A stretch of 63,803 nt of DNA, filler included, from Octopus bimaculoides (GCF_001194135.2; 5 parts of 5 records of this genome joined end to end with filler, not necessarily neighbours in it), one strand, 5' to 3'; positions 37,428-52,174 are shown, numbered from the whole stretch's first letter. A program made the numbers and translations. The notes: a model not told the origin generated them from the sequence alone.

Positions 37428-38029
37428 CGCACACATACATAAACACATACATGCATATTCATATATTTCCCTTCTAATTTATATATGTCTGATTCTTTGG
37501 CAGTTTTTTGGCAGCATTCAGTACATTGTAGTTTCCATCATTATTGGTTCGAGTTTGACAGGATTAACGTAACTCTAATCTCTACCAACCTGTATGTTCT
37601 CTGGCATGTGTCTGATCCTCTCGGTAGCATCAAATGTCAATAGTTAACGTATTCAACTTAGATTATTGCTGGACAACCAATGCGATTACGACCAAATCCA
37701 AATGTCGAAATCAAGGTGTCACTAACCACCTCCTCATTTTTTTTTCAACAGTATATTTCTAGATATACACTGAATCACAGAAGAAACGCGACTTTTTCAA
37801 ATGTCATTTTTATATGGTAAATTCTGAAAATTTATTTCGGGGATCTAACTGTCAATATTCCAAGACATTCTGGTTTATGGCTGATACCCAAATTGCAGGT
37901 AACCTTTCAACTTTCCCTGAAACGAGACGCCAAAACGCAGCTGCGTTGAATGTCGCAAACAATAAACATCGCAATGCTCGGGCATCTCGTAAAGGTTATG
38001 GGTATAAAAACCGACTTGAACCGCGTTCC

Positions 38030-41000
38030 TGACGTTCGTAATTTCTCCGCAGTTTTGACGTATTATATCGTAAGTTGCTGGTTGTTGCTAATTTAATTGT
38101 TGAATTTGCTATTTTATTTGCAGTGTTTTTTAAAACATCTTGTTTTATTGTGTTTGGTTAAATTTGAACGGTATTCTCCTCTTTGAGGCGGGGAATTATT
38201 TATTCTCTTGTGCAGTGGGGGGGGGGTCTCCCTTACCAAAAAAAAAAACCTATGAGTTGTAACTCAGCTACGGAAATAATGCCTTCTGATAAAGGTTTGA
38301 ACATGCCGTCAGGCAAAGAATTTTTGAAAGGAAAAAACGTTGATACAATTAAGCCTAATTTCGCCGCAACAGCCGGTTTAAAAAGGAAAGCCTTAAATGT
38401 AACAAACGAAAGTTTGAAACAATTAAAAAATATGTTCAAGAGGGAAGGGTATGATTTGAAAACCACCCTTCCCTCTGAGTTAATTGAAAATACGGCTAAA
38501 AAAATTAGTGTCTTGAATAGGCTGAACGTTAAAACGTTAAAACTAAAAAGTTGGACAAGGCGTCGAGAGAGGACGTTGAGAAATACTTGCAACCAATATG
38601 GTGGGACATTGCATTTATCACCAGAGGTCGCAAATTTGCAACCATTATCATCTACCTAAAAAGTAAAGAAAGGGCGAAGAAGCTTTCAGTCAAGCCCCTT
38701 AAAACAACCAAAATAGTACTCCTACCTACGTATTTAGGTAGACGTACCTAAAAAATTACAGAGGAGGAGATTCCACCAGAGATCAATGTGACATGGCTAT
38801 GCGCTGCTCTATTCATGGGTCTCGAGGATAAAATAACAAATCTCGAGGGTGCCAAAATAGAGCAGCAACATCGGAAGGGAGAAGGGCTAGAGATCATAAT
38901 TCAAGCCGCTCAACAAACTCTTGAAGAGATTGCGGAAAACATCGTGATTAGTGACGAAACTACGTTGAGGTTGACGGCGGAGGGTAGTAGGCTACGGTGC
39001 TTCGAATGTGGCTACATTCGAGTAAACTGCCCCGCCCTAAAAGAAGAAAGAGCGCTGCCAGCAGAGTCTCCAATAAAAGTCATAGAAGAGGAGACCATAC
39101 AATCAATCGAAAACAAGGAAGACAAAGTAGGATGGACTAATGTAACCCATAAAAAGAAAAAATGTCCCTAAAAGAAAATTTGCAAAACCCACCCCTTCCA
39201 CTTTCGGTTCCATCAAAAGAAAAATTCCCCCACCTGCAGACTGACACGATACACAAACACCCCCTTTCAACACAGACACGAACCAAGAAAATAAACCTGT
39301 AGAATCTACCCCTCCCAGTCCCGAAAAATATTTCCCCTCCAGACTAGACACGAGTCTGATAGCAGTGAATACTAACAACCAGGCATTAAGGAACAGATTT
39401 AAAAACACTCCAACCGCAAAAGAATACACCAGTCATTATACTATTCTACCAGAAGTAACTGTAATCTATGAACTCGACAGGGACAATTACAATATATTGC
39501 ATGGCTACCACTCGAAAGATATAGGCCCTTGAAGATTGGACTTTTGCAAGTCCATGTATGAGGGCCTAGTCGAAAAGTCTCCGCGAGATCTAAGTCTTGG
39601 AAGGTCAGTGACGTCGTATGCGGACGACAGCACCATCATCGTATCTGGAGTGAGCCATCTACAGAAGGTAGGTGAAGCCGTGAAAGAATACGAGGCGGTG
39701 GCAGGAGCAAAACTTAACTGTGAAAAGTCGATCTGCTTGCAGCTCGACATCTGGAGAGGCAAGTCGATGCCGTCCAACAGCGTCGTAGGACATTAAACAG
39801 ACGGTCCGGTGAAATTGCTCGGAGTCTGGTTCGAGCCAGACTTACAGTTGGGAGAAGAATTGGAGCGAGATCTCGAGCAGCGCGGCTCATCTAACCCAGA
39901 TCTGATCTGGTCTATGGCTATACCTGAAAAGAAGGGCGGAGGTGGCAAATGTGTTCATCGCATCTGTGATAATCTACCGCCTAACCGTCGTGCCTTGCCC
40001 CGATTCGTGGCTAAGCAAGATGGAAAGATTGCTTTTCCGCTTTTTGTGGAGGGGCAGAGGACCTCTTGTAAAGCGCTCTATCTGTTGCCAACAACCGCTA
40101 AAGGGTGTGCTTGGGGTGCCGTGGCTTATGAGTCTGAGTCTGAGGCATCTTTGGCATTACCTGGATGGTGAATGGGTGTGGTCTCCGTTCGTCAAGCTTC
40201 TATTTACTAGGTTCACTAGTTTTAGTGAACTATAACCATGGATCAAACGTAGACCAAATTTGGATGCTTGGCAGGCTGAGTGCCGCAAGGTTCTCGTGCT
40301 CTTCTGCCGCATGGGCATCTCTGGTAGCGGTACTTCCACCGCGTCATTTTATAGAGGGTTGGTAGAGGCCAAGTGTAACGACGCGCTGGCGGAAAGCTGG
40401 GCTTCGAAGAAGACCACCTAGACAGCCTTTTCCAAAGGACGTTCGGGCTGGGAGCTTTGAATAATTTCCAGAGGTCTCTCACCTGGCAATGTTACTGAGG
40501 AGCCTTACCAGTTCACGACAGTGAAACTGTTCTGCGCAGCTCTGAAATCCTCAGTTTGCGAGGATTTCAGAGCTGTGGGTTTGTATCGAACGACTGATGT
40601 CTAGGCTTGGAAGAGTACAGCTGTCGTCCAAGTCTGTTATAAAGATCGTCCACCTCCCTCACTGAGCAGAGAAGGTTAGGTTTGTTTTCTCGTTGTAGTC
40701 GCTATAGCGAAAGAGGCTGTATGGAGAACACGTATGAAAAGATTGGTGACAGGCACTTTCATTTCTGACCGAGGATTGACTAACTTTTTTGTCTTCCTTC
40801 TACAAAGAAAGATAAGGCTAGAAAAGAAGTGCCTGTCATCGGACAGCTTCGGTAAAAGATGGATGCAAGTGTTTCGCATGTTGGGAATGAATGGTCCTAC
40901 ATGAGCGCTAACCAGGAAAAGTTTTTGAAAAAGGGCTCAGTAGTAGAACGTGTCTTGCGGGGTTGGATCAGTTTCCCCCACTCCATTATGTTGTGATTTT

Positions 41001-41134
41001 GTCTGTTCCTTCATTCGTTTTATATTATCATAAAATGTTCAAATACATCTTTGTGTAATAGCATTCGATACCCAGACCCTGAATTCATTTGTACTGTCCC
41101 CTATATGTTTGGCCCCTGTGGATGGGAAAAAAAA
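38030..41134 (+). mobile_element. Decayed L1/Tx1-like LINE: ORF1 (zinc knuckle), RT, 3' UTR and polyA; endonuclease region missing
   Basis: ORF1 from ATG 38252 with frameshifts and CFECG..IRVNC. RT YADD at 39617-39628, then AGAKLNCEKS, VKLLGVWF, LLFRFLWRG, GVLGVPWL and SLTWQCY*GALPV. A8 tail at 41127-41134. The 5' boundary is approximate. Confidence 0.88.
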
Positions 41135-42345
41135 TGATTCGTAATTTGGACGTTTCAGGTATGACCCGATTATCAGCAGCGCAAAGAGAACAAGCTATCG
41201 CCCCATTAAAAGCAGGGCAGCATGCCCTGGTTTTTGCAAAAGCTTACAATGTTCATGTCAGCACCATTTATCGCCTGCAACAGCAATACAACAACGCCAA
41301 CAGCACTGCAGACCGTGCCCACCGAGAGTGCCCCGGGTGACCTGGCCCAGGAAGGACCGCTTCATCCACCTGCAACACCTTGGTGATCGCTTCACACCGG
41401 CTAGCGTGACAGCTCGCAAGCCCACTGGCACTGAACAGCGACCCATCTGCGACAACACGGTATGACGTCGACTGGCCGCCAACTGTGTTGCCGTCGTCCT
41501 GCTCGAGTTTCTGTCTCCACCGCCCGCCACCGTGAGGCACGACTACAGTGGGCTACACAGCACCGACATTGGAGACATCAACAATGGAAGTCGATAATCT
41601 TCTCTGACGAAATCCGGTACTGCGTTTCCACCTCGGATAGCAGAGGGAGGGTGTGGAGTTGGAGGAGGTTAACGCTATAGAGACGCATGTGTCATGGAGA
41701 GAGACGTGGGGGGGTGGCCAAAGCATCGTGGTTTGGGGGTGCTATAGGTTTGAATCAGAGAATTGGGCCCCATGTGTTCCAAACTGTTTGTGCAGTATCA
41801 CGACGCAGCGCTATGTTGACCAGATCCTAAGATCTCACATCGTGCTCTTCTTCTCGCGTCACCATAGCCACGTGTTCCAGCAGGACGATGCTCCCACCCA
41901 TACGGCCAGGTTCACAATGGACTTCCTGCGCCAGAACAACATCAGAACCATGCTGTGGCCAGCTTTCAGCCCGGAATGGAACCCAATTGAAAATCTGTGG
42001 GATGAAATCCAGAGACGACTGAACCAAGTGGTCCCAAGGCCGACAACTCGTGTGGAACTGGGTGTGGGTACAGGTGAACCGCCTCATGCACTCCTGGAAC
42101 CGACGGTGAATGGCCGTTTTGAACACCCAGGGAGGGAATATACAGTATTGAACCTGCCACGCCCTACAATCTCGATGTGCTGGATCCGCCCACTACCACG
42201 ACACATGACAACGACCCATAGACTGTGGTCAAAGTGCATCCAAGAAATTGACTTTATCAGATTTATCAAAATTTATCTCTGACATAATGAAATTAAAACA
42301 TATTTCACAGTCACACACGTCGTGCATTTCTTTTGCGGTTCAGTG
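41135..42345 (+). mobile_element. Decayed Tc1 transposon, left TIR missing
   Basis: ATG 41161 HTH (AKAYNVHVSTIYRL), IIFSDE, GGGQSIVVWG, FQQDDAPTH, WPAFSPEWNPIENLW. Right terminus ...CGGTTCAGTG|TA. Confidence 0.9.
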
Positions 42346-43713
42346 TATAAAACGATGAAATGAACAAGACCGGAATGTTTTTTTTATCATAAGTGTGATC
42401 TGTGAATGTTGACTTGAAGCTAATCAGCGATGTAACTACCAATCATGAAGTGAGGTGCAGTCAGCTAACTTCAATATTTGCCTTAAAGAATTCAAGTTTT
42501 GTGCTTTGATATCGATTTCCCTGTGGCAAAGACATGACAGCAGGAAGATAATTTTCCATTTAGTTGAGACTAAATTACATGACCTATACTGATAACATCA
42601 TAAAGTTCTACAGCCAATATCATGCTTTATGTTAACGTATGTCTTTTAGAGAAAGGAACAAGTAAAACAAGTAGTGAGATCAACGAAGGAGTTAGATGTC
42701 CTACCTCCTCCACACAACCCAAGTAGGCAAAATGGTTTCCTTGAGATCAATTTACTCCACAGAGAAGTAAAACAATTGATAGGGCTAATAAGAAAAATGT
42801 TTACTTGATGCTAAACATGACAAAAATAGCAATCACATTTTCCAACAAATCCCACCACACTGTTTAAATAAAGAAATAATGCGCTGGATAATGTAGATTT
42901 AAACGCATAACTCAGAAGATGAGTAGAAGAGGGTTGTAATGGATTTTATCATCAAAGTGCTTCACACTTTTAGACTCCAATTCGACGTGTTTTACACGTC
43001 TCCGAATCAGTTGCCTATTGAATCTCCTATAGGATGAAATTGCGTGCCTATATAAATGAGGCTTATGTAAATCATTTAGGTATAGCAGTTTCATTACAAT
43101 ATAATCGATAATTCAGCAGTGTTTAGCTCAGGATACATTCATGTTGTATTCAGATTGCTCAGCTGTTATAGTGTTTGTGGTGTGAAGTTTGAATTTGATG
43201 CAAAATGACAAGAGAAGCCTGTTGAATTTTCCCTTGCCTAAACCATAGGACTTAATAACACCTAACATTGACGTTTTCCAAGATAATGAGTTTATCACTG
43301 CATATTCTAGAATACACGACTTCATAAGTATTTCGTTATAGCCTGCACACTAATGAAGATGACAAACTAGTTTCCACTGTCAGAAAGCCTTGACAACATA
43401 ATCTAGTCGTGCTACGTTTGAGCGTTAATGGAATTTTGTCAAAGAAATTAGATATTCTAACAAACCCTATTCCCAATAGGCGTTATTCATTCTGCATCAA
43501 CCCATTCAGGACCAAAGGTTGCGTTACTATTCCACAATCTGTTAAAAGTGTGTGTCATTCGTTAAATCCATTTCAATGAGGGCAAAGCTACTGGCTCCGT
43601 ATCCTTACATACGTTAAAGCGAAAGCTATTGAGAAAATCGGTGAGCGTGCGAAAGTTCCATACAGTTATCACTAGCTATGATAGTTTAGACCATGTGAGT
43701 ACACACTTGAACA

Positions 43714-43803
<90 letters not shown>

Positions 43804-44529
43804 TGGCACACATACAGACATACACACATCTAACATACTCTCCCACATACATATACTACAAACAAAGCTTACAAAGTCAATGAAGTAAACTCTAAGTGGG
43901 CTCTTGCCAGCTAGAAATATCAGCTAAATATTACTTGTATCGCAAAAAGTTCCTATTCGACAAAAAAAAAAAAATGAAGCATTAAACAATGTGCTCCCTA
44001 ATATGAAAAAAATACAGAAGAGTCATGGTTGGAACGCTTTTAATGATAGGTCTACTCGATCGACACTGAAAAGCACTAAGGGCTGAGCAATAGCCACAAT
44101 AATGACAACGACAGCATAATGAATAAATGACATGATTGTGTGAATACCCTTTTGGCTTTCTAGCTCAGAACACTTTATCGCTGTTGTTACAATGGTATGA
44201 ATTGAACATAACAGTGATTAAACGAAAATATTCTGTCAACGTCACCTTCTGTATTGTTGCAGCAACAACCATAATAAACATATCAACAAATGCAATAAAT
44301 CCAAGTTACTCTACTAATCACATGCACAGCTGAATAATGTGATAGTAATAACATAAAGATCAAAGCTATTGTGCAGTTTCATGTGATCTCGTTTTTCCAA
44401 CTTCTTTAGTTCAATTCAAAGTTTTTGACAGTTATAAATATAATACGTTAGATGTATCAATGTATTACCAGGAAACTAATCTATCTCTGGCACTTTCGCA
44501 TCTACATATTTTCGTGTGAGATGTGTGAC

Positions 44530-44569
<40 letters not shown>

Positions 44570-44865
44570 TGTGTGTGCGAGAATGTATTGTGTGTACGTG
44601 TATAAGTGTGTTGGTGGTTGTCATGCAATCGTGTGCAAATGTGGTCTTGTGCATGAGTATTAAGAATTTGGCTAAATTTATATCTGAAACATGTGTTGGT
44701 GTGCATGTGGCGCATTTATATGTGAGATCTTATATGTATGTAGAAACGTATANNNNNNNNNNNNNNNNNNNNNNNNNNNNNNNNNNNNNNNNNNNNNNNN
44801 NNNNNNNNNNNNNNNNNNNNNNNNNNNNNNTATATATAAATATATACATATATATATACATATAT

Positions 44866-44941
<76 letters not shown>

Positions 44942-45009
44942 ACACACACAAACATAGATTATTCCTATTCCTACATACAATATACCTGAATTTATGTATT
45001 TTGGCACTA

Positions 45010-45470
45010 AATCCATTGCTATTCCTTTGGGAAAACCCAGAGGTTATATGCTCGGGGCTACAACAATAAACACGAATGCAACCCACAATTCACAATCTTG
45101 AAATGGAAATATCTACAATGCTAAGAAACAGCTGGATTTAATAAGAACATATTCTGGTGATATATGGGTGGAACTTGGCCAAAGGAAATGTTCAAAATAG
45201 TTGAACGTGGTGATATTACTTTGCAAATAAAAAATAACATTAATACGAATTGTGTCCTTATCACCCCCCCACCACCTTCTACGCAGCAGCTTCTAGAAAT
45301 ATCTATGTATAGATGTATCCTATAGAAATTCTGTGGGCAAACATACAATGATAAAAGAGCATACGGGGCTTTAAAAACTATATGACAAATCCGTATGCGT
45401 ATTTTGGAAGAGTAACTGTACCAATTTTGGGGAGTACATCTTTGAACTATGCAAGAAATTCGTTCAATCA
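45010..45470 (+). mobile_element. Highly decayed RT fragment of an RLE-type LINE
   Basis: AKKQLDLIRTYSGDIWVELGQRKCSK resembles the post-YADD L..V..FS.DI.MEFG..KC segment. Confidence 0.4.
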
Positions 45471-45474
45471 TATT

Positions 45475-45855
45475 AGGAGGTGCAATGGCCCAGTGGTCAG
45501 GCAGCGGAATCGCAGTCATAGGATCGCGGTTTCGATTCCCAGACCGCTGTGAGTGTTTATTGAGCGAAAACACCTAAAAGCTCCACGAAGCTCCGGCAGG
45601 GAATGGTGGCGAACCTTGCTGTACTCCTCCACCACAACTTTCTCTCACTCTTACTTCCTGTTTCTGTTGTGCCTGTGATTCAAAGGGTCAGCCTTGTCAC
45701 ACTGTGTCACGCTGAATATCCCCGAGAACTACGTTAAGGGTACACATGTCTGTGGAGTGCTCAGCCACTTGCACGTAATTTCACGAGCAGGCTGTTCTGT
45801 TGATCGGATCAACTGGAACCCTCGACGTCGTAAGCGACAGGGTACCAACAAACAA
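45475..45855 (+). mobile_element. tRNA-derived SINE family D, near full length
   Basis: A-box-like tggcccagtggtc, B-box-like ggtttcgattccc, central domain shared with 15765-15978, (AAC)n tail. Confidence 0.88.
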
Positions 45856-47133
45856 CGATATTAGAACCTGAAAGATCCTAACACAAACTGGAAGATTCGC
45901 CAGAAAAGATGATATAGATAGACTATCTTATAAAAAACAGACATGCACTCTCAAAACAGATTTAGATTTGCATAACAATGCTTATAATTATTACAATGTA
46001 TGTACACGTGGCAGGACGAGAGCTATGATAGTTTGTGTCAGAATTTCCTCGAAACAGTCATGTGTATTAAAACAAAAGGCTAACTTTCCACGTTCGTATA
46101 AATATTTCAAAATTTTCAACTGAAACTGTTTAATGTTATGTATACTCATCTTCCAAATATATGTTCATAAATAATCAACGACAGTAAAGAATTGACACAA
46201 GTAACAACCCATAACGGCTATACAATTCCAGATCCCTTGAAAATTACCCCTCTAACAACAAATGTCTTACGAATGAACTAGTATACAGAGGTAATAGCCC
46301 CAATCTAATGGCACGTTAAAATTGTATATTGTCCCTACAGAGAATAAATTCAGATAAGATATACATTATATATTGATTCACCGAGAAATAGAAACAAGCA
46401 TAATGCTACATCACAATCCAGTTTTGTATGGTTTTCAAAGGGAAATCCGTCCGTAATCTGAAGCATTGTTACGAAAGCCAGTATAAAGGGCGAGGAAGCC
46501 GATGCAGATTCTTTTGAAGGCACCAGCAAAATCTACTGACCTTTCCTGTAAATTTAATCAATATAATGAAAGAGAAAATGCACTCTTGCCCACATAAACA
46601 ACCTAACAAACTTTACCTTTTCCCTAGCCCATCATCCATTTCCAACGCATAAAGTTCAATAAGTCAAGCATATCATCACATCATATACACCACCATAACC
46701 TCCTAAAACACACACCATTCTTCTGCAATATGACATTCTGATCGTAAGAAAAAGTATGTTGTAAATTACGTCCGTTACAATGTCTTCTACGTGAATTAAA
46801 TACAGAAATCCTAAAATAATTCCCACAAAGCTAACTAAAATTGGACAACCGAAATAAATGGCCCGAGTTTAATGCTTTACTGTATGCCTTATAACGTCAA
46901 CCCAGAAAGTAACTCAATTATATTCAGATGGTGTCATAAACATCTGATGTACTGTTCTTTAGCACCACCGCTTTAGAACAATGGAATCTAGGCAATATAA
47001 TAAATGTTGCTGTCAATAATTTATATCATATTTTCCACCTTGTGTTATATAAAGATTGATGAATTTTACACATTATAAAATAAATGCATTCCAGTACACG
47101 TCACAAATTTTTTCAGAGCTTTCATGTTCATAC

Positions 47134-47200
47134 CAACAACGACAAAAATGCGAGCATCGACTCGCGATCGAGATGGTTCTGTATTCCCTGCAACTATCGT
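47134..47200 (-). CDS. Candidate 67-nt exon
   Basis: ttctcgtatgtag|A...GTTG|gtatga in a CpG-rich unique island. Phase 0 reads TIVAGNTEPSRSRVDARIFVVV and phase 1 reads DDSCREYRTISIASRCSHFCRC. Confidence 0.35.
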
Positions 47201-47997
47201 CTACATACGAGAATGCTACTGCAAAAACGTCCTTCTTGCTTAGTACACTGTATAACAATCACAAGACTATCAACAAGAACGAAAACAATTTATGTAAAAT
47301 TATTTTATATTTATATAAGAAATAAGTAACCATGTAACAGATATATATTCTAAATGAAAGGCTGCATCATAGGCACAAATGAAAACAGATATGTATGAAT
47401 TTGAATAAGATACACACATATTTATGCACCTCATTTATACACTATATATANNNNNNNNNNNNNNNNNNNNNNNNNNNNNNNNNNNNNNNNNNNNNNNNNN
47501 NNNNNNNNNNNNNNNNNNNNNNNNNNNNNNNNNNNNNNNNNNNNNNNNNNNNNNNNNNNNNNNNNNNNNNNNNNNNNNNNNNNNNNNNNNNNNNNNNNNN
47601 NNNNNNNNNNNNNNNNNNNNNNNNNNNNNNNNNNNNNNNNNNNNNNNNNNNNNNNNNNNNNNNNNNNNNNNNNNNNNNNNNNNNNNNNNNNNNNNNNNNN
47701 NNNNNNNNNNNNNNNNNNNNNNNNNNNNNNNNNNNNNNNNNNNNNNNNNNNNNNNNNNNNNNNNNNNNNNNNNNNNNNNNNNNNNNNNNNNNNNNNNNNN
47801 NNNNNNNNNNNNNNNNNNNNNNNNNNNNNNNNNNNNNNNNNNNNNNNNNNNNNNNNNNNNNNNNNNNNNNNNNNNNNNNNNNNNNNNNNNNNNNNNNNNN
47901 NNNNNNNNNNNNNNNNNNNNNNNNNNNNNNNNNNNNNNNNNNNNNNNNNNNNNNNNNNNNNNNNNNNNNNNNNNNNNNNNNNNNNNNNNNNNNNNNN

Positions 47998-48036
<39 letters not shown>

Positions 48037-48328
48037 TTTTGTTATTTACACCACCTGTCCTCGTCTGTTGTTATTTTTTGTATATTCTCCCATATATATA
48101 TATATATATATATACTCATGTCTCATCAAGAGCAATTACGCTCATGAAATTCTCACATGCAACATGAGGCGCACATGTGCACAAGTATCTCCATCAAATC
48201 AAATTCATTTAATACGTATATTTTAACTCCGTTCCTACAACAGAATTCAGTGCCCACAATATGGTGTTCTGTACCTACATGTATATGGGAGTGTGTCTCA
48301 ATATACGTATGTATCCGTATACATACAT

Positions 48329-48365
<37 letters not shown>

Positions 48366-48454
48366 GACGCATAAAGACGTATTCCAGTAAAATTCTTAGG
48401 TGATCTGCCAATTATCACTTGCAATATTGTATAGTAATATTTTATTATTATTAT

Positions 48455-48625
48455 CAGACGATGAGCTCAGAGAACTGTCATCATACTGGACAAAATAACG
48501 GTTTTTTGTCTGTCTTTCCGTGTTCTGAGTTCAAATTCTGCCGAGGTCGACTGTTCCTTTCTGGGTCGATAAAATAATTACAAGTCCAGTACTAAAGTTG
48601 ACGCGATCGACTTACTCTTCCCCAA
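48455..48625 (+). mobile_element. SINE family A, diverged
   Basis: gttctgagttcaaattctgccgaggtcgact...gggtcgataaaat. Confidence 0.8.
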
Positions 48626-48769
48626 TATTGTGTATGTGTGGGTGTGTGTGGATGGACGTGTGTGTGTCTGGATGCGTGCGATGTTTGTTTGTGTGTGTGT
48701 GTGTGTGTGTGCGCGCGTGCATGCACGTATGTGTAGATATAAATTGACAGAAATTCCAACTGTTACCAG

Positions 48770-49745
48770 GAACATGCAACACATGGGATCTTCCAGATGT
48801 ATCTCGCAGCACTTCTCTCCAGCCTTCGATCCAGAGACTGAAGTTTTAAGCCTTTGAGGTATTTTTCTGTAGCTAATCTGCTGCATTGAGACCATCTTCT
48901 TTGTGTAGTTTCATTGGATCGTTTCGATTTCCGCTATTAATTTTACATGTTACAACTATGTATTAACCGTAGGTGGGAGCAATAGTGAAAAATGTTGCTC
49001 CAGAGGACTTTCTTGGTTTCCTAGTATATTGCTCTGAAATTTGTTAAATTCCATCCGGCCAGCCATCTGTATTTCATTGTCATCTTAGTAATATGCACGT
49101 GGAAGGATGCACTATTAACCATGCCAAGACCCAGATCATGGAGTGACTGTGTTTCTTTCATTGTAATCCTTCCTATTATAGTGTACTTTGATGGCATTGC
49201 ATTTAGGTTTATCTCCTGATTCCGTACGATCTTGAATTTTCCAGCATTAAATCGCATGTTATAATCCTCGACTCACTAAAATATTGCATGTAACTGTTGT
49301 TGCAGATGCGTGGCACTTTTAAGGATCCATATTACCCGGGAGACTTATCTGCATAGCTTGTGAGGGTGACTCTTTGTGTGGCTGAGGGCATACATGAACA
49401 GTAGTGGCTCCAGGACAATGTCTTGTGGGTAGCCACTTATAATTTACGTTTCGTCGGAGATGGATCAGCTGGCTGCTTCTTTTTGACTCCTATCTTTCTT
49501 AGTTTTCCGACTATGTCAAGATCCTTATATCATTCCACGATCAACTTTATTGAAGGGCTTCACCGAGTTGAGATATATCACATCCATACTTGAAGGGTTG
49601 AAGAAACATTTCAACACCCATTTGTAGTGTTGTAAGAGCTGTGTTAGGCAGTTTTTTCCTGGTCAAAAATCGAGCACATGTAAATATGCGTGTTTAGGTG
49701 GGTGGTAATCTGGCTTCACTGAGACACCGACAGTATTTGATTAGC
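48770..49745 (-). mobile_element. Decayed CR1/L2-like LINE RT and C-terminal fragment
   Basis: MRFNAGKFKIV, DLGLGMVNSASFHVHI, WLAGWNLTNF, and a SMQQISY...RLK remnant. Confidence 0.7.
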
Positions 49746-50884
49746 TGGGATGTTCATTTTAACTCTAAGCATAATCACCTTTTCTCTGATATGAAGATAA
49801 AGGTACAGTAAACGTATTAAGCTTTGCTAAATCTTCATCATTTTACTGTTGTGGTAATGCAATTTTTAAGGTAGCGTTCGCATTCGTCATGCCATGCTTA
49901 AGCTTATTTAATTCTTCCTGTAAAGATAAAACTTACGGATAACTTTTAATACAGAAGTGGTGACAAATGCATGATAAGAAATGTGAGAAAAATATTTTCA
50001 AATATGGTCACATTTTAAATGCTCCTGAAGTCCGTTCTATATAGACTTTACGCCATCTCAAATATCAAGCACTTCTGAAAGAAATGCAATTTTAAAAATT
50101 ATATATATATTTGCTGGTTCTCAACAAATTTCTAGCAATCTTAACGTTAAAATACAGTAGACTATCCTTGGGTAATAACAGTCTACTTTAATAGAAAATC
50201 TAGAGGGAAAATTCCTACAAACATATACAGCGGACACTTGGGATAAATTTATATCGTAGACTAAAGACTGAATATTTTTATTGCTGAAGGTATTGCGACC
50301 TTCACTAGTCACAATCGACTAATAATAGATGAGGAATATGCATTATCCACATGATGCTCAATTAAAATACAACAACGAAATCTTCGGTGAATAAAACCAT
50401 TTTATCACGAAGATAATGCCGAGAAGGCATTGAAATATCGATGGCCATGAAAATTTATTGTTCCAAACAACAGTTAAAAGACAAGTAGGGAAATATTTCA
50501 AAAAAATACCTTAACAGAAAATAGTGAAAATAGAATAAAATCGTGTCTTCCAAAATACATGTTTCAAGAACAGTTTCCATTCATCACCATGTGAATGTGT
50601 GCGTATACATATATTTATACGTATATATGTGTGTGTCTAGTGTATATGTAGACACACACACACACACACACACACACGTATATAGATATTTATGTTCAGA
50701 GTAAATGTGTGTACGCGTATGTTCGCGTGCACGGGTGCGCACGTATAATATACACACTGTTATAGTATGAATGATATTCAACAAGTGAAAGGCACTCAAA
50801 TCAAATCAGAGTTTGAAGTGGTTTTATACAACATTCAAGGATACTTGAATACTATTTATTGACTACAGTATGTGTATGTGTCTT

Positions 50885-50925
<41 letters not shown>

Positions 50926-50947
50926 GTGTCTGTGCACATACGAGTAC

Positions 50948-51003
<56 letters not shown>

Positions 51004-51562
51004 GATGTACATGCACACACCTAAATGGCATATGGTAAAATGATACCTACACACATATATCACACTATACACATTAAATAATGTATAATTTAGATACATA
51101 CATAACCATATACTTACTTATGTATGTACATAAATGTCTGTGTATTGGAGTATGTATATGCACCTAATTATATATATACATATATATATACATAATTATA
51201 TACTCATACACACACATATGATGTATGTATGTACGTACATGCATATATAACTACTGTCTCTGAGTCACTGTGTTCTAATAATCTTCTTCCATTCCAGAAT
51301 TATTTCCAATTGACGTGTTATGTTTTGTGCTTATTTTGTATAATTTATTCTGGAATGCCTCCAATGTCATGCTAATCTATAACCAGTTGTTTGTGTGTAC
51401 GCCACTGTATTTGTATATGTGTGATTAGCAGCTGTATTTGTATGCATATATGTATCTGTCTATGCCTGTGTGTATCTACATGCGATTCCATACCGTTGTG
51501 TGCATGTATATGTATTTGGGCAATTTTGTCTCTTGCAGTATATATGAGCATTACTTTCTCTA

Positions 51563-51620
<58 letters not shown>

Positions 51621-52140
51621 TCTCTCTCTGTCTCTCGCTCTCTCCCTCCCTCTGCACACACACTCATGCACACTCGTATACACGTATGCGGACACATATT
51701 TATACATGCATATATNNNNNNNNNNNNNNNNNNNNNNNNNNNNNNNNNNNNNNNNNNNNNNNNNNNNNNNNNNNNNNNNNNNNNNNNNNNNNNNNNNNNN
51801 NNNNNNNNNNNNNNNNNNNNNNNNNNNNNNNNNNNNNNNNNNNNNNNNNNNNNNNNNNNNNNNNNNNNNNNNNNNNNNNNNNNNNNNNNNNNNNNNNNNN
51901 NNNNNNNNNNNNNNNNNNNNNNNNNNNNNNNNNNNNNNNNNNNNNNNNNNNNNNNNNNNNNNNNNNNNNNNNNNNNNNNNNNNNNNNNNNNNNNNNNNNN
52001 NNNNNNNNNNNNNNNNNNNNNNNNNNNNNNNNNNNNNNNNNNNNNNNNNNNNNNNNNNNNNNNNNNNNNNNNNNNNNNNNNNNNNNNNNNNNNNNNNNNN
52101 NNNNNNNNNNNNNNNNNNNNNNNNNNNNNNNNNNNNNNNN

Positions 52141-52174
<34 letters not shown>

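Noticed and set aside
42912-43325. Two short minus-strand ORFs in unique DNA
   Set aside because: One acceptor but no donor, and no recognisable motif.
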